Assembly: GCA_045541595.1 (NCBI GenBank)
Contig: JAZQJL010000265.1
Location: 1-49,170, forward strand
Source: Lachnospiraceae bacterium
GTDB taxonomy: Bacteria > Bacillota > Clostridia > Lachnospirales > Lachnospiraceae
Length of the DNA: 49,170 nt
Direction of reading: 5' to 3'
The notes below the pieces were generated by a model. That model was not told the DNA's origin and made no database searches. It saw only the letters and a list, made by a program, of their open reading frames with translations. The translations under genes were made by a program, and so were the position numbers. Below, one piece after another: positions 37,463 through 46,763 of the stretch (its first letter is position 1; each line of letters starts with the position of its first letter).

Positions 37463-37981
37463 TTACCATTCTTTCTGCACCAGCTCCAAAACCCTGTTTT
37501 CCCTGTCCAGCATTCCTCGAAAGGTAATGATGTCATTCTTTTCTAAATGGTCTGCGGTATTGTTGACGGTAATTGCGTGTTTGGCAGGTACAAATTCTAA
37601 AACAAATCGTTCCTCGGCTTCGTATGCGTCTAATTCCTGTGCGACAGGTGTTGGCTCTGCTTCACAAATGAAATAATAGTTATCTTGAATAAAAATATCC
37701 TCGTATTTGCCTTTTTCAATTCGGCGGACATATCCAAATTCTTTTATGGTATCCGGAATAACTATCAATCCGCTTTCTTCACGAACCTCCCGGATTAAAG
37801 TTTCTTCTAAGGATTCTCCCGGTTCTATTCCGCCGCCCGGCAACTTATAATAGTTATATTTTTGACTGTGCATCATGGCAATCATCCCATTTCTTAGGAT
37901 AATTCCTCTGACCGATGGCCTTTTTCCTACCGTGCCGTTAGGGTCATAATTCTTTTTATCCAGGACAAATAATTCTCTCAT
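37463..37981 (-). CDS. NUDIX hydrolase
   Basis: The Nudix box is GGGIEPGESLEETLIREVREESG. Confidence 0.92.
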   Translation of the reverse strand: MRELFVLDKKNYDPNGTVGKRPSVRGIILRNGMIAMMHSQKYNYYKLPGGGIEPGESLEETLIREVREESGLIVIPDTIKEFGYVRRIEKGKYEDIFIQDNYYFICEAEPTPVAQELDAYEAEERFVLEFVPAKHAITVNNTADHLEKNDIITFRGMLDRENRVLELVQKEW

Positions 37982-38010
37982 AAAGCCTCCGTAATTTACT
38001 TGTAGTTATT

Positions 38011-38679
38011 TTACTGCATCAACCCAAAATGTTTTGCCAACTTCTCACAAACTTCTTCCCGGGTGTTCCGGTCGTTATCATCTCTTACCAGAGTAAAGAA
38101 TCCACTGTTCATAAACTCCTTATAGTGCTCCTTACTGTTGATAAGCGCAAGGCCTTCCCTGTAATTTTTCATGACTTCTTCCGGATTTTCGCAGCTTTCG
38201 ATGACACTTAAAATAAACTGCTTTTCCGGGTCGCTGCGGTCAAAGAACCGTTCCACGCTCATGGAACCGGGGGAGAGCATAACTGCTACATGATCGTAAT
38301 CGGAAATCTCCTTTAATACGTCCAACGGGATATTGGTGTCCACGATGACTTTTTTGTCACGGGAAAGGGAAATGAGTTCTGCAATTTCAAACCCTGCGGC
38401 TTCCCTGCCGGTGCCGTAAATCCAGCGCTCGTACTCCTTAGGAGTGCGGGTGACGAAATCTTTGAAGTCGGTCAGGTTCTTTATGTAGCATAAGTCCGGC
38501 TGAATGGCAGGGTCTGCCACAACATCGGTAACTGCAGAAAAATAGTTTTCTCCGCAAAAGACCATATCGTACCTTTCTGACAGCATCTTCACCATGGTGG
38601 ACTTGCCGGCATAAGCGGTGCCGGTAATAAAATAGACATTACGTAAATAGTGTTTTAAAATATTATTTTCAATTTTCAT
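38011..38679 (-). CDS. P-loop NTPase / kinase-like protein (AAA_33 / nucleoside-kinase-like)
   Basis: Walker A motif GTAYAGKST near the N-terminus. 222 aa. The specific function is unknown. Confidence 0.7.
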   Translation of the reverse strand: MKIENNILKHYLRNVYFITGTAYAGKSTMVKMLSERYDMVFCGENYFSAVTDVVADPAIQPDLCYIKNLTDFKDFVTRTPKEYERWIYGTGREAAGFEIAELISLSRDKKVIVDTNIPLDVLKEISDYDHVAVMLSPGSMSVERFFDRSDPEKQFILSVIESCENPEEVMKNYREGLALINSKEHYKEFMNSGFFTLVRDDNDRNTREEVCEKLAKHFGLMQ

Positions 38680-38777
38680 ACAGTACCTCGCCGGTTCTTT
38701 TATTTAAAAAGTATAGCATAGTTCCTTACATTAGGAAAGGCAGAATCTCTCTCATGATTTTCTAATCATCTTCTAAC

Positions 38778-38806
38778 TTGCATATTTGGCCCTGCAAAGG
38801 TAAGAT
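38778..38806 (+). promoter_or_regulatory. putative sigma-A promoter of the LiaF-like/DUF4097 operon
   Basis: TTGCAT, 17-nt spacer, TAAGAT. Confidence 0.5.
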
Positions 38807-38854
38807 AGTAATAGAAAAAGCAAAACAAATTCAAAAGAAAAGTGAGGAGTAGTT

Positions 38855-39523
38855 ATGAGAAAGCGAATCAGCAATACCCTGTGGGGGATATTATTTATTT
38901 TGTTGGGTATCGGAATTGTGGGAGATATGGCAGGCGTTTGGGAAATCAACCTGCTCTTTGCGGGATGGTGGACATTGTTTCTGATTATTCCGGCGGTGCT
39001 CGGCATATTGGGTAACGGCATCCGGATCGGAAACACCATTTGCCTGGTGCTTGGTCTGGCACTGCTTGCCTGCTGCAGAGGGCTCCTTCCCTGGGAAGTG
39101 TTATCCAGAATGCTGGTGCCTACGGTAATGATTATTATCGGCGGAGTGATGGTGTTTAAGAACCTGTTCCATTTAAATCTGGGAAGAGTTAAGGTTCCAA
39201 ACGAAAAAAGATTAGAAGAACTGGTAGTGTTCTCCGGCAAGAATCTTTTAGTGCAGGATCAGTTTTACGGTATGAGCGGAGAGGCAGTCTTTGGCGGTTT
39301 GACCATCGACCTTCGCGGTGCAAAAATCGAAGAGAATATTTCCATAGATGCATTGGCGGTATTCGGCGGCGTGGACATTTTACTGCCGGCCAATGTTTCC
39401 GTAAAGCTCAGTGATATATCCTTGTTTGGCGGCTGCAGTAACAGCCGTAATTATAAACCGGTGGACGGACCTACGGTGTATGTGAATGCAACAGCCTTGT
39501 TTGGCGGAGTGGAGGTAAAATAA
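38855..39523 (+). CDS. LiaF-like membrane protein (LiaI/LiaF TM region + DUF2154-type C-terminal domain)
   Basis: N-terminal TM helices followed by repeated FGG motifs (AVFGGLTIDLRGA, LAVFGGVDILLP, ISLFGGCSN, ALFGGVEVK). Confidence 0.8.
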   Translation: MRKRISNTLWGILFILLGIGIVGDMAGVWEINLLFAGWWTLFLIIPAVLGILGNGIRIGNTICLVLGLALLACCRGLLPWEVLSRMLVPTVMIIIGGVMVFKNLFHLNLGRVKVPNEKRLEELVVFSGKNLLVQDQFYGMSGEAVFGGLTIDLRGAKIEENISIDALAVFGGVDILLPANVSVKLSDISLFGGCSNSRNYKPVDGPTVYVNATALFGGVEVK

Positions 39524-40438
39524 ATGAAACAGACGATAAAATATGCGGCAGTAATATTTGCCTTCATTCTGGCGGCGTCCATTATCGGAGGATGTCTCAC
39601 GGCAGGAGTTGCGGTGTTTCAGATGATAGCAGAAAAAACAGAACTGCTTGAAGGCGGTGACGGCAACGGTATCTGGTACCGTGATGAAGATGGAGATGTA
39701 GTATTTTTGGGTATGCATTTCAGCGGTAAAGGCGATGTAAAGAGCGGTACCGAAGAGTTTAACGGCTCCGACATTACTTCCCTGGATTTTGAGGTAATGA
39801 GCGGCGAACTGGAGATAGAAACCTGGGGAGAAAACTATATCTCGGTAAGTTACGAGGATATTCCGGAAAATTATAGAATCTATAATGATAACGGTACCTT
39901 GGTGATAGAGAAGGAAGAAGAGTTTTTTGTTTTGCAAACTTCCTTTGTACAAAAGGCGCGGATTCAGGTAAGTGTACCGGAAGATATGACCTTCCGGGAA
40001 ATTAAAATAGAAAAGGGCTCCGGTGCGGCCTCCGTTTGTGATATTAGGACGGAAAAACTGCACATGGAGAGCGGCTCCGGTGCAGTGACGGTAAGTAATT
40101 GTGTTCTCGGGGAAACTTCCATGGACACCGGTAGCGGTTCCGTAACTTTAGCAAATGTAACGGCCAAGAACCTTGTGGTAGAGAGCGGCTCCGGCCGGGT
40201 GGATTTTTCCGGAACTCTTACGGGAAACAGCGTTTTAGACACCGGCAGCGGTTCTATTAACATGGAGCTTTTGGGTAAGCAGGAGGATTACAATATCCGT
40301 GCCGATCTGGGCAGTGGCGGCATGTATATTAACGGTTCCAAAGTAAAAAATACAAACATCGAACATGACGGAGCAGACAATATGCTGATATTTGACACCG
40401 GATCCGGCAGAGTATCCATAGAATTTAAAGAAAAGTAA
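39524..40438 (+). CDS. DUF4097 beta-strand-repeat protein (putative adhesin-like), N-terminally anchored
   Basis: Repeated (S/T)GSG.V units are present (SGSGAVTVSN, TGSGSVTLAN, SGSGRVDFSG, TGSGSINMEL, TGSGRVSIEF). The gene starts directly after the LiaF-like stop. Confidence 0.85.
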   Translation: MKQTIKYAAVIFAFILAASIIGGCLTAGVAVFQMIAEKTELLEGGDGNGIWYRDEDGDVVFLGMHFSGKGDVKSGTEEFNGSDITSLDFEVMSGELEIETWGENYISVSYEDIPENYRIYNDNGTLVIEKEEEFFVLQTSFVQKARIQVSVPEDMTFREIKIEKGSGAASVCDIRTEKLHMESGSGAVTVSNCVLGETSMDTGSGSVTLANVTAKNLVVESGSGRVDFSGTLTGNSVLDTGSGSINMELLGKQEDYNIRADLGSGGMYINGSKVKNTNIEHDGADNMLIFDTGSGRVSIEFKEK

Positions 40439-40500
40439 GAGAAAAACGAAATGTGCAGCTTCGACCGGAAACTGTGCAGTATAAATTCAACAGACTTAGT

Positions 40501-40543
40501 AAAAACTACCTTCCAGGGAAACAGAAAGGAAGGTAGTTTTTTT
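40501..40543 (+). terminator. intrinsic terminator of the LiaF-like/DUF4097 operon, overlapping the next gene's RBS
   Basis: A perfect 14-bp stem aaaaactaccttcc / 13-nt loop / ggaaggtagttttt, with the T-run extended to 7 T. The ATG at 40544 follows immediately. Confidence 0.85.
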
Positions 40544-41977
40544 ATGGGTGAAAAAGAACAGTTTTTATCGGAACTTTCCAGGTATAAAGAAGCACTACGG
40601 TCAGATGCCAGCTTTGACGTGGTAGTACGTGTCTTTATGGTATCGGAGAAACAGGCGGCGCTTTTCTTTATCGACGGTATGATAAAAGATGAAACCATGC
40701 AGAAACTGATGCAGGGGTTTGCCACGATAAAACCGGCAGACATGCCGGACAATGCGGAAGAGTTTGCAAAGTATCAGATACCGTATGTGGAAGTGGATGT
40801 ACTGCCGGATATGCAGACGGCAATAAACAGTGTGCTGGCCGGTGCTCCCTGCCTGTTAATTGAAGGCTATGGGAAAGCAATTTCCATCGACATCAGAACC
40901 TATCCGGCCAGAAGTGTGGCGGAGCCGGAAAAGGATAAGGTAATGCGGGGCTCCAGGGATGGTTTTGTGGAAACTTTGGTGTTCAATACGGCTTTAATCC
41001 GGCGGCGTATCCGGGACCCGAAGCTTACTATGGAATACTGCAATGTAGGAAGCGTGTCCCACACCGATATTGCCCTTTGCTACATGGCGGACCGGGTGGA
41101 CGAAAAGTATCTGACGGAAATCAGAAAGCGTATTCAGGGGATTCAGGTGGAAAGTCTTACCATGAATCAGGAGAGCCTGGCGGAGTGCCTGTACGAAAGC
41201 TCCTGGTGGAATCCCTTTCCGAAGTTTAAGTTTTCGGAACGGCCGGACACGGCATCGGCGGCGGTTTTGGAGGGGAATATCGTCATTTTAGTGGACAATT
41301 CTCCGGCGGCGATGATTTTGCCAACGTCTATTTTTGATATTATTGAGGAGGCGGACGACTATTACTTCCCGCCGATTACCGGCACCTATCTGCGTCTGAC
41401 CAGAGTGGCGGCAAATATCCTGGCTTTTATTTTAACGCCGTTGTTTCTTTTGCTGATGCAGCAGCCGGACCGCCTGCCGGAAAGCTTTGCATTTATCGCT
41501 TTAAAGGAACCGTTAAATATTCCGCTACTATGGCAGTTTTTGATTTTGGAATTTGCCATTGACGGGCTGAGACTGGCGGCGCTGAATACTCCGAGCATGC
41601 TGAGCCTGCCCCTGAGTGTGATTTCTGCACTGGTCATCGGTGAGTTTGCGGTATCCTCCGGCTGGTTCAACGCGGAGCCGCTTCTTTATATGTCTTTTGT
41701 GATTTTGGCAAATTATACCCAGGCCAGCTATGAACTTGGCTATGCTATTAAGTTTTTAAGAATGATTACCCTGGTTCTGACAAACTGGCTGGGCATCTGG
41801 GGGTTTGGGGCAGGAATTCTTCTTTGTCTGCTTTGCATCGGTACCAACAAGGCCATCGGAGGAAAGAGCTACGTATTCCCGCTGTTTCCGCTGCACTTCA
41901 AAAAACTGATGAAACGCTTTTTCAGGATAAGCCTTCTGCACGAGAGCAAAAACCAGGGAGGGAATACGAGACAGTGA
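40544..41977 (+). CDS. GerA-family spore germination protein (A-subunit / SpoVAF-like), orphan
   Basis: RSVAEPEKDKVMRGSRDGFVETLVFNTALIRRRIRDPKL and a C-terminal polytopic region are typical of the GerA family. No GerB- or GerC-type genes are adjacent. Confidence 0.88.
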   Translation: MGEKEQFLSELSRYKEALRSDASFDVVVRVFMVSEKQAALFFIDGMIKDETMQKLMQGFATIKPADMPDNAEEFAKYQIPYVEVDVLPDMQTAINSVLAGAPCLLIEGYGKAISIDIRTYPARSVAEPEKDKVMRGSRDGFVETLVFNTALIRRRIRDPKLTMEYCNVGSVSHTDIALCYMADRVDEKYLTEIRKRIQGIQVESLTMNQESLAECLYESSWWNPFPKFKFSERPDTASAAVLEGNIVILVDNSPAAMILPTSIFDIIEEADDYYFPPITGTYLRLTRVAANILAFILTPLFLLLMQQPDRLPESFAFIALKEPLNIPLLWQFLILEFAIDGLRLAALNTPSMLSLPLSVISALVIGEFAVSSGWFNAEPLLYMSFVILANYTQASYELGYAIKFLRMITLVLTNWLGIWGFGAGILLCLLCIGTNKAIGGKSYVFPLFPLHFKKLMKRFFRISLLHESKNQGGNTRQ

Positions 41978-42006
41978 TTGAGTTTTGAGGAAGATTGTGG
42001 TATACT
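41978..42006 (+). promoter_or_regulatory. putative sigma-A promoter of the deoD-deoC-cdd cluster
   Basis: TTGAGT, 17-nt spacer ending in TGg (extended -10), then TATACT. Confidence 0.55.
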
Positions 42007-42041
42007 GAAAAAAGCGAGAAAAGAAAGAGGAGGTTTACAAA

Positions 42042-42743
42042 ATGTCAACACCACATAACAGCGCACAAAAGGGCGATATTGCAAAAACCGTGTTAATGCC
42101 GGGTGATCCGCTGCGTGCCAAATATATTGCAGAAACTTATTTAGAAAACGTAAAGTGCTTTAATACCGTGAGAAACATGTTCGGCTATACCGGTACCTAC
42201 AAAGGCAAAGAGGTTTCCGTTATGGGTGGTGGTATGGGTATGCCATCCATCGGCATTTATTCCTACGAACTGTACAAGTTTTACGATGTAGAAGCTATCA
42301 TCCGTGTGGGTTCCGCCGGCGGTATTGCAGACGATGTAAAACTTCGGGATTTAGTAATCGGTATGGGTGCATCCACCAATTCCAACTATGCGGCACAGTA
42401 CAATCTGCCGGGCACCATTGCTCCTATTGCAGACTACGGTCTTCTTCGTAAAGCAGTAGAGGTGGCAGAAGGCAGAGGCATCCATGTTGCTGTTGGTAAT
42501 GTGCTTTCTTCCGATACCTTCTATAATGCGGATCCGACCTTTAACGACCGCTGGAAAGAAATGAAGATTCTCTGCGTGGAAATGGAAGCGGCAGCGCTTT
42601 ACTTAAATGCAGCTAAGCTTGGCAAAAAGGCGCTTTGCTTACTCACTATTTCTGACCACATTTATACCGGAGAAGCTTTATCTGCAGAAGACCGCCAGAA
42701 TACTTTCCATGAAATGATGGAAGTTGCATTGGAATTAGCATAA
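42042..42743 (+). CDS. deoD: purine nucleoside phosphorylase, DeoD type
   Basis: 233 aa: [29 protein letters not shown]...[10 protein letters not shown]...VEMEAAALY. Confidence 0.93.
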   Translation: MSTPHNSAQKGDIAKTVLMPGDPLRAKYIAETYLENVKCFNTVRNMFGYTGTYKGKEVSVMGGGMGMPSIGIYSYELYKFYDVEAIIRVGSAGGIADDVKLRDLVIGMGASTNSNYAAQYNLPGTIAPIADYGLLRKAVEVAEGRGIHVAVGNVLSSDTFYNADPTFNDRWKEMKILCVEMEAAALYLNAAKLGKKALCLLTISDHIYTGEALSAEDRQNTFHEMMEVALELA

Positions 42744-42756
42744 GAGGAGAATTACA

Positions 42757-43422
42757 ATGGACAGAAAAGATATTTTTAAAACCGTAGACCATACATTGCT
42801 TACCCAGACGGCAACCTGGGCAGAAATTAAGCAGATTTGCGATGACGGCATTGCTTACGGAACCGCTTCCGTATGTATTCCGCCATCCTACGTAAAGCAG
42901 GCAAAGGACTATGTGGGTGACAAGCTTGCCATCTGCACCGTCATCGGTTTTCCAAACGGTTACATGACCACGGAAACCAAGGAATTCGAAACCAAAGACG
43001 CACTGGCAAAGGGCGCTGACGAAATTGACATGGTAATCAACCTTGGCTGGGTAAAGGACGGCAGATTTGACTTGGTGGAGCAGGAAATCCGTACCTTAAA
43101 GGCAGCCTGCGGCACAAAGATTTTAAAGGTCATCATCGAAACTTGCCTGCTTACGGAGGAAGAAAAGGTAAAAATGTGCGAAGTGGTTACCAACTCCGGA
43201 GCAGATTTTATTAAGACTTCCACCGGTTTTTCCAAAGCGGGAGCAACCTTTGAAGATATTGCACTGTTTGCGGCAAACATCGGTCCTAACGTAAAGATGA
43301 AGGCAGCAGGCGGCATCTCTTCCTTTGATGATGCAGAAAAATTCATCTCCCTGGGAGCGTCCAGACTTGGTACCAGCCGTATTGTAAAGCTGGCTAAGAA
43401 TGAAACGGCACAGGGTTACTAG
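42757..43422 (+). CDS. deoC: deoxyribose-phosphate aldolase
   Basis: DHTLL..., [15 protein letters not shown] (Schiff-base Lys context), KAAGGI. Confidence 0.95.
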   Translation: MDRKDIFKTVDHTLLTQTATWAEIKQICDDGIAYGTASVCIPPSYVKQAKDYVGDKLAICTVIGFPNGYMTTETKEFETKDALAKGADEIDMVINLGWVKDGRFDLVEQEIRTLKAACGTKILKVIIETCLLTEEEKVKMCEVVTNSGADFIKTSTGFSKAGATFEDIALFAANIGPNVKMKAAGGISSFDDAEKFISLGASRLGTSRIVKLAKNETAQGY

Positions 43423-43433
43423 AAAGTGAGCGG

Positions 43434-43862
43434 ATGTTTATGTTAACAAAGGAACAGGAACAGCAGCTGATGCGTACTGCCATCGAATACAGAAAACGTT
43501 CCTACTCCCCGTATTCCGGGTATCAGGTAGGAGCGGCACTGTTATCTGCCGATGGCGAGCTGTTTGGCGGCTGCAATATCGAAAACGCATCCTTTTCCCC
43601 AACGAACTGCGCGGAGCGTACTGCGCTCTTTAAAGCAGTCAGTGAAGGAAAAAAAGAGTTCACGGCAATTGCCGTGGTAGGCGGCAAGGCAGGAGAAGAA
43701 CTGGAATTTTGCACTCCGTGCGGTGTGTGCCGTCAGGCATTGGTGGAATTTTGTAATCCGAAGGAATTTGTGGTATACCTTGGCACAAGCGAAGAAGATT
43801 ACAAGGGATATCTGTTAGAGGAACTGCTTCCTTACAGCTTTTCACCGAAAAACGTGTTATAG
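43434..43862 (+). CDS. cdd: cytidine deaminase
   Basis: CAERTALF and TPCGVCRQ zinc motifs. The start could be at 43440. Confidence 0.93.
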   Translation: MFMLTKEQEQQLMRTAIEYRKRSYSPYSGYQVGAALLSADGELFGGCNIENASFSPTNCAERTALFKAVSEGKKEFTAIAVVGGKAGEELEFCTPCGVCRQALVEFCNPKEFVVYLGTSEEDYKGYLLEELLPYSFSPKNVL

Positions 43863-43921
43863 TGCAGAACCGGCATGGCCGGATGCAAATAAATTTTTCT
43901 ACTATGAGGGAGGAAATTAAA

Positions 43922-45100
43922 ATGAAGAAAAGAGTATTATCCTTAATGCTCGTACTTGCTATGGCTATCGGCATGCTTGCAGGCTGTGGCGGCAAGGGTG
44001 ACAATGCAGGTGATTTCAAGGTAGCCATGATTACTGACTACGGCGATATTACTGACCAGTCTTTCAACCAGACAACTTACGAAGCTTGTAAGACTTTCTG
44101 TGAAGATAACAAGTTATCCTTCACATACTACAAGCCGGTAGGCGACACTACAGCAGACAGAGTAGCAATGGTAGACAAGGCAGTAGCAGACGGCTACAAC
44201 GTAATTGTTATGCCGGGTTATGCGTTCGGCGGAACTATTGTAGAAGCTGCAAAGAATTATCCTGACGTAAAGTTTATCGCACTTGACGTGGCAGCAGGCG
44301 ACTTACTGGAAACAGCAGTTGGCCTTGCTGGCGAAACCTATGACTATAACCCTGCAAACTGGGATCTTGCAAAGTATGTTGACATGAGCAACGTTTACTG
44401 TGCAATTTATCAGGAAGAACTCAGCGGTTACATGGCAGGTTATGCTGCAGTTAAGCTTGGTTACAAGAACCTTGGTTTCTTAGGCGGTATGGCAGTTCCT
44501 GCAGTTATGCGTTTCGGCTACGGTTTTGTACAGGGCGCAGACGCAGCAGCGGCTGAGTTAGGCACTACTGTTGATATTAAGTATGCTTACGGTAACCAGT
44601 TCTTCGGTGATGCTGATATTACAGCAGCTATGGACACCTGGTACGCAGCAGGTACGGAAGTTGTATTTGCATGTGGCGGCGGTATCTTCGCATCCGCAGC
44701 AGAAGCAGCTCAGAAGGTAAACGGCAAGGTAATCGGTGTTGACGTTGACCAGGCTGCTATCATTGACGGTAAGTACGGCGCTGGCATGACGGTTACTTCC
44801 GCCATGAAGGGTCTCTACAACACAACTTATAATACATTAAAGGATGTAATTGTAAACGGCAAGTGGGATAACTATGTTGGCAAGATTCAGACATTAGGTC
44901 TTGTATCCGGCGATGATCCTGAAGCAAACTATGTTCAGATTCCTATGAACACCACACAGTGGGGCACAGGTTTCACAAAGGATGATTACAAGGCACTTGT
45001 AAAGAAGATGTTCAATGGTACTGTTAAGGTTTCCAACGATATCTCCAAGGAGCCTGCAACTTCCGCAGCAAAGGTTGATTATCAGGGCAACATCAAGTAA
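43922..45100 (+). CDS. BMP-family (PnrA/Med-like) ABC transporter substrate-binding lipoprotein, likely nucleoside-binding
   Basis: The start is at MKKRVLSLMLVLAMAIGMLAGCGG (lipobox) with GAGGGAGG upstream. The sequence is BMP-like and is followed by the cognate ATPase and two permeases. Confidence 0.88.
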   Translation: MKKRVLSLMLVLAMAIGMLAGCGGKGDNAGDFKVAMITDYGDITDQSFNQTTYEACKTFCEDNKLSFTYYKPVGDTTADRVAMVDKAVADGYNVIVMPGYAFGGTIVEAAKNYPDVKFIALDVAAGDLLETAVGLAGETYDYNPANWDLAKYVDMSNVYCAIYQEELSGYMAGYAAVKLGYKNLGFLGGMAVPAVMRFGYGFVQGADAAAAELGTTVDIKYAYGNQFFGDADITAAMDTWYAAGTEVVFACGGGIFASAAEAAQKVNGKVIGVDVDQAAIIDGKYGAGMTVTSAMKGLYNTTYNTLKDVIVNGKWDNYVGKIQTLGLVSGDDPEANYVQIPMNTTQWGTGFTKDDYKALVKKMFNGTVKVSNDISKEPATSAAKVDYQGNIK

Positions 45101-45120
45101 TAAGAATACTTATGCATAAG

Positions 45121-45152
45121 AGGACGGGTGAAATATCCCGTCCTTTTGTGCT
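45121..45152 (+). terminator. intra-cluster terminator/attenuator between the binding-protein gene and the ATPase gene
   Basis: aggacggg / tgaaatat / cccgtcct, followed by tttgtgctttgtttt. Confidence 0.7.
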
Positions 45153-45228
45153 TTGTTTTATTTAAAATATGTGGAAGGATATAGTATAATAAAATTGTTA
45201 TACACTATCGTTTGGGAGGTAAAGAGCG

Positions 45229-46761
45229 TTGGAAAATCCGTATGCAATAGAAATGCTGAATATTACGAAGGTGTTTCCCGGAATTGTTGCAAATGACGAT
45301 ATTACATTGCAATTAAAAAAAGGTGAAATCCATGCGCTTCTTGGGGAGAACGGTGCCGGCAAATCCACATTAATGAGTGTTTTGTTCGGCTTGTATCAGC
45401 CGGAGAAGGGTGTGATAAAAAAAGACGGAAAAGAAGTAAAAGTCAATAATCCAAATGATGCCAATGATTTGGGAATTGGCATGGTACATCAGCACTTTAA
45501 GCTGGTAGAATGCTTTTCTGTATTAGACAATATTATTCTGGGAGTGGAGCCTTGTAAGTATGGATTCCTGCAAAAAAATGCGGCCAGGAAAAAAGTGCTG
45601 GAGCTTTCCGAAAAGTATGGTCTTCAGGTAGACCCGGATGCAATCATTGAGGATATTACCGTAGGTATGCAGCAACGTACTGAAATTTTAAAAATGCTGT
45701 ACCGCGATAATGAGATTCTCATTTTTGATGAGCCGACGGCTGTATTAACGCCCCAGGAAATCGAAGAATTAATGAAAATCATGAAGAATCTGGCAGCAGA
45801 AGGCAAGTCTATTTTATTTATTTCCCATAAATTAAATGAAATTATGTCCGTGGCAGACCGTTGCACCGTACTTCGTAAAGGGAAATACGTAGGTACCGTA
45901 GAAATAAAAGATACCACCAAGGAAGAGCTTTCCCGTATGATGGTGGGAAGAGACGTAGACTTCGTGGTGCAAAAAGAAGAAAAAACACCGGGAGAGGTTA
46001 TTTTTCGGGTAGACAATCTGACGGTTGCAAGCAAAGCCGGCAAAAAGGATGCCGTGAAGAACGTTTCTTTTGAGGTCCGCGCCGGAGAAATTGTTTGCAT
46101 CGCAGGAATAGACGGCAATGGCCAGACGGAACTGGTCTATGGTCTTACCGGACTGGAACCGGTGAAGACAGGCAGTATTATGTTATGCGGTAAAGATATT
46201 ACCAAGGCTTCCATACGTAAAAGAAACGTTAGCGGCATGAGTCATATTCCGGAAGACCGCCACAAGCATGGTCTGGTACTGGATTACTCTTTGGAGGATA
46301 ACATCGTTCTTCAGCGGTATTTCGAGCCGGAATTTACCGGAAAAACCGGATTTTTAAAGAGAGGTAATATCCGTGCTTATGCAGAGCGCCTTATCGAACA
46401 GTACGACGTACGTTCCGGTCAGGGACCTGCAACCATTGCCCGCAGTATGTCCGGCGGTAACCAGCAGAAAGCAATCGTTGCAAGAGAGATTGATAAAGAG
46501 CCACAGCTGTTGATAGCGGTTCAGCCAACCAGAGGCCTGGACGTGGGGGCTATTGAATATATTCATCGCCAGCTGGTGGCACAGAGAGACGCAGGACGGG
46601 CAGTGTTGCTGGTTTCTCTGGAACTGGACGAGGTATTGTCGGTTCCGGACCGCATCCTTGTTATGTATGAGGGTCAGATTGTTGGTGAGCTGGATCCAAA
46701 AACCACAACCGCAGAGGAGCTTGGCTTATATATGGCGGGTGCAAAAAAGGGGGATAAGTAA
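45229..46761 (+). CDS. ABC transporter ATP-binding protein with duplicated ATPase domains (nucleoside/sugar type)
   Basis: Walker A GENGAGKST, signature MSGGNQQK, and a second NBD (GIDGNGQTE). It has an apparent TTG start with GGGAGG 9 nt upstream. Confidence 0.9.
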   Translation: MENPYAIEMLNITKVFPGIVANDDITLQLKKGEIHALLGENGAGKSTLMSVLFGLYQPEKGVIKKDGKEVKVNNPNDANDLGIGMVHQHFKLVECFSVLDNIILGVEPCKYGFLQKNAARKKVLELSEKYGLQVDPDAIIEDITVGMQQRTEILKMLYRDNEILIFDEPTAVLTPQEIEELMKIMKNLAAEGKSILFISHKLNEIMSVADRCTVLRKGKYVGTVEIKDTTKEELSRMMVGRDVDFVVQKEEKTPGEVIFRVDNLTVASKAGKKDAVKNVSFEVRAGEIVCIAGIDGNGQTELVYGLTGLEPVKTGSIMLCGKDITKASIRKRNVSGMSHIPEDRHKHGLVLDYSLEDNIVLQRYFEPEFTGKTGFLKRGNIRAYAERLIEQYDVRSGQGPATIARSMSGGNQQKAIVAREIDKEPQLLIAVQPTRGLDVGAIEYIHRQLVAQRDAGRAVLLVSLELDEVLSVPDRILVMYEGQIVGELDPKTTTAEELGLYMAGAKKGDK

Positions 46762-46763
46762 TC

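Noticed and set aside
39380-40063. A 227-aa minus-strand ORF, along with other antisense ORFs such as 19628-20218, 38773-39240, 35666-36130, 36127-36573 and 45624-46118.
   Set aside because: Each lies antisense to a gene with clear family signatures (DUF4097 repeats, sulfatase domain, LiaF-like, groEL, ABC ATPase). None has an RBS or a recognisable motif.
40479-40509. A forespore sigma-G/F-type promoter (GTATA-N18-AAAACTA) considered as an annotated feature.
   Set aside because: The -10 match is weak and I am relying on a remembered consensus. I kept it only as a hypothesis inside a finding and did not list it as a feature.
40451-40543. An upstream in-frame ATG (MCSFDRK...) extending the GerA-family ORF.
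   Set aside because: The extension would be translated through a perfect 14-bp terminator hairpin and has no RBS. The conserved family sequence starts after the MGEKEQ start.
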